Positions 52,955 to 64,000 of a stretch of 64,000 nucleotides of DNA are shown one piece after another. The DNA is from Haliotis rubra. Taxonomy: Eukaryota. The position numbers and the translations under genes are program-made. Under the pieces are notes generated by a model. It ran no database searches. It was not told the DNA's origin and saw nothing but the letters and a program-made list of their open reading frames with translations. The stretch's first letter is position 1, and each line of letters opens with the position of its first letter. The stretch is taken from positions 124,001 through 188,000 of the forward strand of contig NW_025765314.1 of NCBI RefSeq assembly GCF_003918875.1. Direction: 5' to 3'.

Positions 52955-55092
52955 TTATGGCGCTTACAGGTGTAGTGAGGACGTTTCCTTACCTAAACAG
53001 TGAGATGTTTATGATAAATACACAGTACCAATGGAAAGTGGCGCTTACAACTGTAGAACGTCCGTTTTCTGACTTAAGCGCCTCACAGGTACACTGTTTG
53101 CCAAAAGTGAGATGGTTCTAATAAATACGCACTTCATGAATCACATGTGGTGCTTACAACTGTAGAGTGCCCGTTTTCTGACTTAAGCGCCACACAGGTA
53201 CCCTGTTTGCCAAAAGTGAGATGGTTCTGATAAATACACTTCATCAATCACATGTGGCGCTTACAGCTGTAGAGTGCCCGTTTTCTGACTTATAAGGGCC
53301 TCACAGGTACACTGTTTGCCAAAAGTGAGATGGTTCTAATAAATACGCACTTCATGAATCACATGTGGCGCTTACAGCTGTAGAGTGCCCGTTTTCTGAC
53401 TTATAAACGCCACACAGATACACTGTTTGCCAAAAGTAAGATGTTTCTAATAAAAACGCACTTCATCAATCACATGTGCTTACAGCTGTAGTGTACCCGT
53501 TTTCTGACTTATAAGCGCCACACAGGTACACTGTTTGCCAAAAGTGAGATGTTTCTGATAAATACACTTCATCAATCACATGTGGCGCTTGCAGCTGTAG
53601 AGTGCCCGTTTTCTGACTTATAAGCGCCACACAGGTACCCTGTTTGCCAAAAGTGAGATGGTTCTAATAAATAAATAATAATAATAATATGGTAATGTTT
53701 GCGCCTAGAATCCAACACGATGCTGCTCTCTGGCGTTACATTATTACCCTGACGGAATTGTACTTTCAAAGCTGCTACTAAGCGCTTCGCGCGACCGTAT
53801 AGGTCCGTACATCCGCTTCCCAGGTACCCATGTTAAACAGCTGGGTGGACTGAGTGCAATGTGGACGAAGTGCCTTGCCCAGGGACACAACACAGTATGA
53901 GACCCAGGTCACAAATTCTGGTGTCTCCACCGGGATTCGAACCCCGGCCTGTGGCGTGCGAGGCCAGCATGCTAACCACTACACCACTGTGCTCCACTTC
54001 ACATGTGGCGCTTACAGCTGTAGAGTGCCCGTTTTCTAACTTTAAGCGCCACACAGGTACCCTGTTTGCCAAAAGTAAGATGGTTCTGCCAAAATCACAG
54101 TAAGATGTTTCTGAATAAGCGCCACACAAGTACCCTGTTTACCAAAGTGAGATGGTTCTGATAAATACACTTCATCAATCACATGCGCTTACAGCTGTAG
54201 AGTGCCCGTTTTCTGACTTATAAGCGCCACACAGGTACCCTGTTTGCCAAAAGTGAGATGGTTCTGATAAATACACTTCATCAATCACATGTGGCGCTTA
54301 CAACTGTAGAGTGCCCGTTTTCTGACTTATAAGCGCCCCACAGGTACCCTGTTTGCCAAAAGTGAGATGGTTCTGATAAATACACTTCATCAATCACATG
54401 TGGCGCTTACAGCTGTAGAGTGCCCGTTTTCTGACTTATAAGCGCCACACAGGTACCCTGTTTGCCAAAAGTGAGATGGTTCTGATAAATACACTTCACA
54501 CGTGGCGCTTACAGCTGTAGAGTGCCCGTTTTCTAACTTAAGCGCCATAAACCTATACAGTTGGTAACAGGCGCCCAGAGTAAATATACAAGATCAGTGA
54601 CCTGTAGCAAGTCCTTCTTGAACTAGTTTCAACTCGTGTCGTATATGAAACTTAACGAATTCCATCTAACATGCTGCCAGGAACCTCTCAATGACACACC
54701 GTTGTTTTCCCACTTGTAGCCACCAGCCGAAAATATAAGCCAGCAATCCCAAGAGAAATGCTGCGGCTTGGAGAGCGCCATGAGAAAGGTAGATTTAGAC
54801 AGGAACATTTGCTTAAACCTACCCCGTCATTATCCTCCAACCTACTCACATAGAAGGGATGCGTCCCAAAAGGTTTAGACACTTTGTAAATGGCATGTGG
54901 CGCTTACAACTGTAGAGTGCCCGTTTTCTGACTTATAAGCGCCACACAGGTACCTTGTTTGCCAAAAGTGAGATGGTTCTGATAAATACACTTCATCAAT
55001 CACATGTGGCGCTTACAATTGCAAGAGTGCCCGTTTTCTGACTTATAAGCGCCCCACAGGTACACTGTTTGCCAAAAGTGAGGTGGTTCTAA
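52955..55092. repeat. Intronic tandem array of a ~109-bp unit (about 15 full or partial copies)
   Basis: Unit CACATGTGGCGCTTACAGCTGTAGAGTGCCCGTTTTCTGACTTATAAGCGCCACACAGGTACCCTGTTTGCCAAAAGTGAGATGGTTCTGATAAATACACTTCATCAAT. Interrupted by a SINE and by a unique, exon-bearing segment at 54550-54890. Confidence 0.95.
53670..53995 (-). mobile_element. tRNA-derived CORE-like SINE (family B) with L2-type tail
   Basis: Minus strand: tRNA head GGAGCACAGTGGTGTAGTGG...GGTTCGAATCCC, CORE-like GTGTCCCTGGGCAAGGCACTT...CCACCCAGCTGT..ATGGGTACC, (TTA)n tail. Confidence 0.85.
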
Positions 55093-56157
55093 CAGAGAAC
55101 AAAATTCGAGTAAACGCGTTTTAAGAGTCATATTTTTGAAACCTTAGAGCCATATGAAATAGTCTAGAGTTTAAACAATCATTTGTATTTTATTCGCCTA
55201 CAGAATGATCCCAGTGGTGCCATCTCTGCAATAGTGGATGGACTCTATTGTATGAAACATTTGGAGGACATCGAAGCGGGAGGCATCTTTAAATTCCGAT
55301 TTGCGCCAAACTGTGTGCCCAACACGAGAAGGTATGGTGATAGTAAAGCGAGTTGGTATTCGTATATACTCTAGCATTGTTTCAGCTGAATATAACGGTT
55401 ATTTTTTTACATAATTAGGTCTGTGCGCAGCATACGGCCTACAATGACATCCAATCATGCAACATGGTCACACGTGTGAACTGATCTGTATCCACTCTCT
55501 AAGGCCATGGTTGCGCCGTAAAGTCGAACATCACACTATAACTATACTGTTTAGACATTTCTTAGTATTAGGACAAAAATGAATCAAGTCACTATATTTT
55601 CCTACAGGCAATTTGTCGAGGTACCCTCTTCAAAGGTAGCATTTGGGGAGGGGAGCTCACTTTGGGAAGTATTCGGAGGATTCCCCGATGTTCTTGTGCT
55701 GGCCACTTTCGCACATGGCTTTGTGCACAAGGAGCATTACGCTCAACAGGTGAGTATTTACCAAAAGCCAAAAGTCCTTTGTAAATGAGACATTCTAAAT
55801 ATCAACAGCTCACTTTTTGCGTAATATTGATACCATTCCCCGCTCTGTAATTCGTGCTTTTTATGTCGTTAGTTGAACTTATTCACGAAGGAATAAGCAC
55901 AAGATGTAAATTTTGCCACAGCACATGTTTTTGGCCGAAATATTTGTACACACATTGACGTACATGTCCAATATATTATCAGCTCATCAAGTTGGGCGAA
56001 ACAGCCGAATCTTTAGGCGAGCGTTTCGGCATCCGTGCCTCCACTGAACAGTCAGTGGAGGATGTGGTAGCAGCAGCAACGGAAAGGATCCTAGCTGGTC
56101 CCAGCATGCCCAGTGAGTATTTAAACAATTATGTTTAGTTTTCCATTATGTTGATGA

Positions 56158-56420
56158 CATCTGTGTATATATTTTCTAGGACTCACTGGTACCTACTTGC
56201 AGTGGCACCAGAGAATGCATGGGTTGCTACAAGTAGTACCAATGCCATCTGTGTATATATTTTCTAGGACTCACTGGTACCTACTTGCAGTGGCACCAGA
56301 GAATGCATGGGTTACTACAAGTAGTACCAATGCCATCTGTGTATATATTTTCTAGGACTCACTGGTACCTACTTGCAGTGGCACCAGAGAATGCATGGGT
56401 TACTACAAGTAGTACCAATG
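56158..56420 (+). repeat. 3 x 88-bp tandem copy of the intron/exon junction of the catalytic-His exon
   Basis: Unit contains ...TTTTCTAG|GACTCACTGGTACCTACTTGCAGTGGCACCAGAGAATGCATGG, homologous to 59310-59397. Confidence 0.92.
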
Positions 56421-59117
56421 TTGATAACTAATGCATATACATTAAACTTTATATTGATGTTCAATTAATCTTTTCAATAAATATCCCATGTTGTTGTTAT
56501 ATATGAATGATTTACTGAAGTTGACTCAATTTCATAAGCGTATTATTATAAAATATTAGGAGCTATTCGTAACTTTGTTTCCTTTCTTCTGTGTATCTGT
56601 AATGAACAATGGTTAGGGTGACTTTGCAGTGTACGGACCTATCTGAAAGCGTTCCACGTTTTATGAACTTTCCCCCGTCTTGGTGTTCGATTACTTCTAA
56701 GCGGGGCGTTATAAAGCTTAAACAACCACTCACTGAACTAACTTCTGCAATCCAGACATCGGAACCATTATGCTCATTGCTGGGGCACTAAAGAGGGAGG
56801 TGGTCGTGCACATGGAGGATAGAAAAATTTCAGCACCACCGTGCACATGTTTGGAATACTTTGAAGGCGAGGAGGTGCATGTGTACGTGGACAGAGGCAG
56901 AAGGGCCTACTATCTGACGACAAAAACTGGTGATGGTATAGAAACAAAACTGTAGTCTTGGAAATTTAAATACTTGCAATGTTTGTTTGCTTGATATTTA
57001 ATGCCGCACTGAGCAATATGTCAGTTTTAAGATGGTGGTATGTAAATAATCGAGTCTGGACCAGACAATCATCACTGTTTATGCTACTCGCCTATTAGAA
57101 TTATGTATTCATAATTGTGTTGCATGAAGATCCTTTCAGCAGATAACGTTGTTGAAATTGAAAGGGTTTTGTAACTTTTAGTTAAGGTATATGCAGCGAT
57201 ATATGAAACAAGAGATTCCAGCTGTAGTCACCTGTATACCTTACTCACTGTACAATGGCGTCTCTTGTTGCAGAAAAGACCCACATCATGAAGGAGGCGA
57301 ACAGGTATGTACTAGGTAGTTATTAACATGTCAATCAAGAGTCATAATGACTAGATGTAACTAAACATACAAAAGTAAAGAGAAATTTTCATGATTAGTT
57401 TATTCCGTGACCAGTTTATAACCAGCATGATAACCTGTACTTTATTCCTGCTGCAGATTTGAAACAGAAGATCCTGACAGAAGGTGGGCAAATTTCGAAA
57501 ACACATAAACTGCCACTGCATCCGGCCTGACCTAATTCATATAATGCTTAACAGACAAATATAACATTTTAGAAGAATGAAAGAACTTACATCTCAAAGT
57601 CTTTGATAATTGTTCCAAAGTTTGTTATCCTGCTTTTGTCGAGACGATTCCGGCCATAAAGAAAATCCTCTAAATAAATGTTAAAGAGAAAACTTGACCC
57701 AAGGAGGAAGGCTTCAGGGACAATAAATATATGCAACTATCTTTTTCAGAGTCATACTTTATAAAAGGCTTTTCGTAACAGCAACAGAACTCAGAGCTGT
57801 TATGGCTAATGAATGGCTTGACGACCATGTCGTCGACACCCGTCTTTGGTAACTATCTGCTTTGTTAAAAGAGAAAATATATTGGAAATATACCAGCGGA
57901 AAGATTAACTTTCAGTACAAGTTAGCAAACACTTACAAAACATAAGAGATCCCTTTACTCAAAACCGACCAAAACATTGCATATCATTGTGCAATTCTAT
58001 TCCAAAGTTCACTTAGGTATCGTTCTGGTGTATAAAGTCTTGGAGGTTGTCATTTATGAAAATAAAATTTAAAACAAACGTTGTTCGACCTTGCCAACTC
58101 TTTGAATAGTTCATCTTTGATAAAAGCAAAACATTACAAGCTCTTCAGAAAGATCAACAATTTATCAATATTTTATTGTACATTTAGCATCTTCAAAGAC
58201 GAAAATGACGCCGAGACGGTGGTCATGCTGGCAACCACGGGGATTCTGCTCCAAGCTAAAACACCACAGTACCAGTCAGTATCTGTTTCGCGAACATCTT
58301 GTGTCATCACTAATTTACAGTGATCTTTTACTATGTATATATTGTTTGTTGCTATTTTGAGTACGCCCAAGGAAGTTTGGCAGATAAGCAAACTCATTAT
58401 TCTTTAGCGTTGACTATCGTGTATGATCGTAACTAGGTCGATGTTCCCCAAAGTTCACTCATGAACTACAAACTAAATGTTTGGGCCGAGACATTAAGAC
58501 CCCCATCCCCATCGTTGGCAAATAACCACAATGCATTGTGTCACTGGGCTATTGTGTACATGGATTACCTGATCCTTCACGTGAAGATCCTGTCAACACT
58601 CCATTGTTTACAGGTCACATCACATGGCAGCACGTGTGTGTCCTATACAAAAACATTTGTTTTTCATATTCAAATTGTGAGTGGCACATGCTAACGGCAG
58701 GTCCTTAGATAGAGTCAATTATGTCCATAATTTTCACATAATCAAGACTAGATATTCTATGACTTTTGATGTTTCACATTTATGATAAAATAGAAAACTG
58801 GTTTATGTTAACTTAGAACTTATGTTTTCCAATCTGATATATCTTCTTACTACCTATAACATTTTCATCTGAGATTCCCTATTGTACATATGAGCATGAC
58901 CAATTTCTTTTCTTCTCTTCCTAGGAAATTGAAGAAAATGACATGCTTCCTGGGGAACATGATTGTTCCCATATGCACAGGGTAATCATATGTACCGTAT
59001 TATTTGTCTTTCATATTCAATTACTGGGAGTGAAAATTACCTAAACAATAATATGTTATTATCACTACCTGTGTGCAGGAATTACTACAGTTAGTACCAT
59101 TGGCAACTGTGGATCGT

Positions 59118-59351
59118 TTTTCTAGGACTCACTGGTACCTACTGTCAGTGGCACCAGAGAATGCATGGGTTACTACAAGTAGTACCAATGCCATCTGTGT
59201 ATATATTTTACTGGCAGTGGCACCAGAGAATGCATGGGTTACTACAAGTAGTACCAATGCCATCTGTGTATATATTTTACTGGCAGTGGCACCAGAGAAT
59301 GCATGGGTTACTACAAGTAGTACCAATGCCATCTGTGTATCTATTTTCTAG
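59118..59351 (+). repeat. Local tandem copies (69+69+88 bp) of the same junction, immediately upstream of the true His exon
   Basis: Visible as the 23-aa repeat LLAVAPENAWVTTSSTNAICVYI in the ORF track. Confidence 0.9.
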
Positions 59352-61826
59352 GACTCACTGGTACCTTCTTGCAGTGGGACCAGAGCATGCCTGGGTTCTC
59401 TGTTCCATGGGAGGGCGGTACCGGGTGCTAGAGAGGAACATAAAACGGTAACACTCTGCAACATGTAATCTCTGTTTAATATTTAGCTTCACTTAATGTG
59501 TGACAATACATTTATTTAGATGTTATTAAGATTACCAAGATTAAACATATAATATATCTATAGCATGTCAGCACTATTCCAGCTATGCAGTTGTGATCAA
59601 GTGTTGGTCAGCATGCAAAACCACTAAAACCATGTGCAGTAATCCATGTCATCTTTTTGGTTACATGCAATTGGCCAAGCGCCTGACCAATCGATTCTCC
59701 ACAGTGGTTGGGTTCTTACACCAACAGATAAAGGAAGTAAATGTTAAGACATTACTGCTCTCATTTCCACATTCATTTCATACACATGAGTATATAAACA
59801 ATATCAGGAAAATATTCTTTACGAACCTATCAAAAGAATGAAGATATCATAATTTCATTGCAGACTACTAGGAAAGACATGTATCTACCCTAAGGTAAAG
59901 TCGAAGCTTCAATTCAATGTATTCATCAATTTTACACAAGCATATATATACACACCCGTGCATTAATTAAGCACCATATGGCATAATGCTGCAGAAAAGT
60001 TAGGGTGTAGCCATCAATTTGATCAACCTACAGTTAAAGAAGCTTTATCCATTAACAGGTTTACAAATACCACACATGAAATAATTATTACATTCACTTT
60101 TCAAAATAAGGTAACTTGTTTTAGGACGGGAAAACACACGTTTCTGATATAGACAGTTATCCTAATTAAAGTACTACGTTATTTCAATCATGTTTTCGTT
60201 TTTAAAATATTATATGCTTGCTCTGTCAAATTATCAATATTATTTTTCGGAAAGTGTGTAGATTTTCATTTCATACAAAATTAACTGGCAAAAATACAGG
60301 GTGGTGCTTACTTTATGCACGGATGTATATCATTAATAATCCAACAGTTTCAACAACAAATTAGAAAGCAATCACATTTAAGATATTTGATGAAATGTAT
60401 TAATACTTCATTCTCGAAAACGTCTTAAAAAACATGCTGGTGTTCAAATGTAAATTATCATATCAATAACAATTATAATTTCTAGGTTCCTAAACAGACA
60501 AATGGCCGAGACTGTGGCGTGTTCACAGTGATGTATGCTGTGGGTCTACTGAAGGTACACCATCATGTCTGATATTATTAAACAGCAATTTCTCTGAAAT
60601 AAATCAGTGAGATGAGTCAGTAGTCAAAATAATTTAGTTGTTTTTTTTTTTAGTCAGTAAAGGACATTTTACGGTAATCTATTTGAGTAAAATGTGACTA
60701 TTCTTACATTTACAATTTTTTTGGTTTAATTTTATATGTTAAATGCAGAGTACACCCTCATCCAACACAAAACAATTTCTTGTACAAATTTACAAATTAC
60801 TAATGAAACTGTTTTGTGCCTTTTAAGGAAAGCAATTGGAGCCAAATACAGTGGCCAACACTCGTGTCATCTGACATAGAAGACACGGGGAGACAGCTCA
60901 TACATGACACATTAATGAAATGGTGCTGTTGAATACAAACGTGAGTATGCCAGAAAAGGAAAACAATTTATACATATATAACATTATGTTTCTTTGTAAA
61001 AACATCTCTATTCATAGTGAATCAATATTAAAACCCTAAATGTGTTGGTGTTGCTATACCTGGTAACCTGATGTTTTTTTATATCTGTAATGTTTTACAG
61101 ACAAAATACATTCAACATGAGCAAACTGAAACAATTGTCAACGTGAGTAGAATACATAAAACTGAATAACCACCAGCATATACATATGTACAATACGGTG
61201 GAGAAACTCTATGTATGTGCAGCTCAATTCAATTTGCATATTTATAATGCAAGAAACAAAAAGTAGGGGACCAATGAGACATCAACATGAGAGATCAGCT
61301 CTTACACAAAATTACTCAACAGCCTCTAGAAACACAATGAAAAGTATCTATTTATTTGTGAAGGCACTAGGAGAAACTTAAGGTGATATTCTGCATAGGT
61401 AAGGTCTGTTGAAGCAAGTGGACTTGAAATTACCAAATACCAAGTGTATTTCTTGCTGACAATCATTATACCAAAAGACATTTTGATAAATGACAACTTA
61501 AAGCAATAAATGTTAACCTTACATTTTCAAAGTTTGATTTTTTCTCAGATGACCTCATATTTTCTTTAATGTGACCTGGCATTGACATTGCAGTGTACTA
61601 AGTAAAGTACCATGGATCAAGGGACATAACAATTTTCAAACTCAGCCTGTAGGTCTTAGATAAGCATGCAGGAAGCATGATAGTAACTTCAGTAGCTTCT
61701 GAGAAAACTTGTCCCCATTGCACACACAATGTACGGAGTTGATAAGAATGGAGCAAAGGCCATAACTCTGTTTGGATGTACAGTGATGGTCCTGTTTGAA
61801 CAATATTTCAAAATGAAAGTTCTTAT

Positions 61827-63719
61827 TTATAGCGTTGAATACACTTTTGATAGAATTTGGAAGAGGGCAGTATACTGTTTTAGTTTATTTTCTTGCTTTG
61901 CTGCCATTGATACCATGCTTCGAAACCAAACATAAAATTTACAGTGTGACATAAAATGGTCTACATCCATGTATGAAAGCATACTTCTTAATTTATTCAA
62001 TGTAGCATTCCGTTGTTCAGCTACTTGAGTATTCATGCTTCTGTATTTATTGTATTTTGATAGATTGTATCCATCATGACAACCTGCAAACAAAAAGTAG
62101 GTCAATGGATGACTTCAGAATTTTATTATCATAAGAGGTATGTAGCCAGAGACTTATGATGGTTACCAAACCAAAATATGTGAAGTATTGACAATTATGC
62201 TACTGTCACAGAACAATGCTGTGCATTCAGACAAGGATAAGGTTACAGGTATACTACCACCAAATGGTTATATTACCAAACATATTGCTGATGAAATAAA
62301 TAAATGATTGACAAAAGCATATATGTAAAAAACAATGACATACACACAACATTACTGATTCATGAAAAAGTGCTTTTTAAAGGTATTGGTAAACATTAAA
62401 TGATTCAAAAGACTAAAACCCTTCATTTGAACTTCATGTATACTGAAAATTAAAACACAGACAAAGGTACCAGTTCAATGCTTGCCTGATGTTTCAAAGC
62501 TTGTGTATACTGCTATTAATATTATGATGCATTACTGTCATGATTTACAATAAATCATAATGAAAACTGACTTTAAAAAAGGTTACCTTTGTGATTTGGC
62601 CAGTGGAATCGGTCAACAACAAACCAGGTGTTTTTGAAAAAACCTGGATCTCGGTTCATACAATATGCATGCAGGTTACATACATTGTCATAGATGACCA
62701 TCTTGGGAGCTGTGAATATAGATATGCTGTTGAAATGTTTTGGTCATGATAGGCATTAAGAAGTTGCGTATTTAAGTAATATTTTTTATATCAACTTATC
62801 TGTTGTCTACACACAGGCGAGGGCTACACCTCACCTTCTCGAACTACATGCAAACTTTGGGCAGGGTGTGTGTACATATACAAGTTTTATTGTCATAGCT
62901 AACAGCAAAGTCATGATTCAATTTAGTTCTGATTTATTCTGAGAGCAACATTCAAATAAAACATACTCTGATCACAAACATCATTTTCTGCATGATAAAA
63001 CTAGTGGTTTCAGCCATACCAGGGTAAAGAATATATACATGCTGAAAAACAATTGAGTGAACTTTATTTACCCAAGGCTGTAATTATCAATACATGTACA
63101 AGACAAGCATGCAATGACATGAGCTCTCTAGAAACTGAAAGAAGGATATCAACTCACCTTTCTTGAACCGTGTACGGAGAAGGGTGAAGGGAACATTTGG
63201 GGACTCAGCATCCTGCATCATTCTAAATCCATAGCACACACCTACAAAAGATGTTTTTGTGAACAGATTATAAGCATTCACCCCAGATTATAACCCTGCA
63301 TGTTAATCCCATAATTGTGTTATTGGTTTATTAGTTAAGGACTAGAAAAACATTTGAATGTTTGTCATTATTATTACCTTGGGTGACCTTGATATTAATA
63401 GAATGTCTTTTGAATGAAATCACCTCACTTAGTATAATGTATTGCAAGTATGATAAAAAATATTCAAGTTTGTATTGAGTTCTATTGCATAAAACTTTAT
63501 GATGAACTAGTTGATGAGACATAAGGCCAAACAACATTCACCATGTTGACAGGATAAAGTGAACAATCCTGGGGTCAGTGAATGATGACTCCCAGGACTT
63601 TTCCTGCAGGGTCCCCTTTGGTTCTTGTCATCCAAAACATATGAGCCTCTCCGGTTGCAGACATTCAGTGATGGAAAGTACAGGGTCCTCATGTCTGGAT
63701 GTGCTTCTGATTCAGAAAT
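61827..63719 (-). CDS. KDZ (Kyakuja-Dileera-Zisupton)-type transposase catalytic region, last four exons; 5' part lies beyond the window
   Basis: Exons 63719-63542, 63241-63158, 62709-62587 and 62083-61827 are all GT-AG and phase compatible with no stops. Translation: ...CRKSPGSHHSLTPGLFTLSCQHG-VCYGFRMMQDAESPNVPFTLLRTRFKK-APKMVIYDNVCNLHAYCMNRDPGFFKNTWFVVDRFHWPNHK-GCHDGYNL...MNTQVAEQRNATLNKLRSMLSYM. Confidence 0.85.
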
Positions 63720-64000
63720 CTATGAAATAAGATAAATTACTTTATAAGGTGAAAGTAAAAATCCATTTAGTTATATTTCATGAGAAAATATAATGAAAAG
63801 TTTATGTAATTCTGGGCTACACAAATTCAAAATTTAATACTAAGTGATTCATTAATAAGAAATTCTTGTATCATGGATATGGAAAAGGTATTTCAGGTGC
63901 AGATTACTTTCGACGTACTCCATAAAATAACATCTATCAACAAGTAACAACCATTTAACAATTCAAGACGAAGACTGAAATTGCTGTACATGCCTCTAAA

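Larger units (their letters stand above)
54720..61142 (+). pseudogene. Multi-exon gene: OTU-like region plus Ulp1/SENP (peptidase C48) domain; one premature stop and one probable 1-bp deletion
   Basis: Phase-compatible exons: 54720-54788, 55204-55331, 55419-55517 (TGA at 55477), 55608-55749, 55983-56112, 56756-56935, 57274-57304, 57457-57483, 57750-57848, 58188-58274, 58925-58981, 59352-59447, 59864-59894, 60486-60554. These are followed by 60828-60940 (1 nt short) and 61101-61142. C48 motifs: EWLDDHVVD, IVPICTG-THWYLLAV, VPKQTNGRDCGVFTVMYA. Confidence 0.82.

Overview
AT-rich, intron-containing animal DNA. The SINE and LINE families suggest a mollusc, possibly a gastropod, but this is inference. 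Positions 1-44 kb are almost entirely decayed, nested transposons. (1) An RTEX/CR1-group LINE contains a PIF/Harbinger MITE, which contains a Tc1; a second LINE tail is also inserted in the same LINE. (2) Two back-to-back TTAA (Kolobok-type) elements, one carrying a Penelope end with a minimal hammerhead-ribozyme motif. (3) A SINE-disrupted C2H2 zinc-finger ORF. (4) A spliced hAT element hit by L2 and Nimb LINEs. (5) A Nimb LINE contains an L2, which contains a Gypsy. (6) A Ngaro/DIRS element. After a 3-kb 20-bp minisatellite, the last 15 kb hold the most interesting content, which the ORF track mostly misses because the exons are tiny. By reading splice phases I reconstruct plus-strand exon chains (49.5-61.1 kb) encoding an NRF1/Ewg-like DNA-binding region, an apparently inactive OTU-like domain and a Ulp1/SENP (C48) protease whose triad Asp is replaced by Cys. 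These face, tail to tail, a lesion-free spliced KDZ (Kyakuja-Dileera-Zisupton)-type transposase core (61.8-63.7 kb, running off the window). This looks like part of a large intron-rich KDZ/Zisupton-like DNA transposon with ubiquitin/SUMO-protease-type cargo. Its termini were not found. No CRISPR, rRNA or bona fide tRNA genes were seen. All family assignments come from motif recognition by eye, not database searches.
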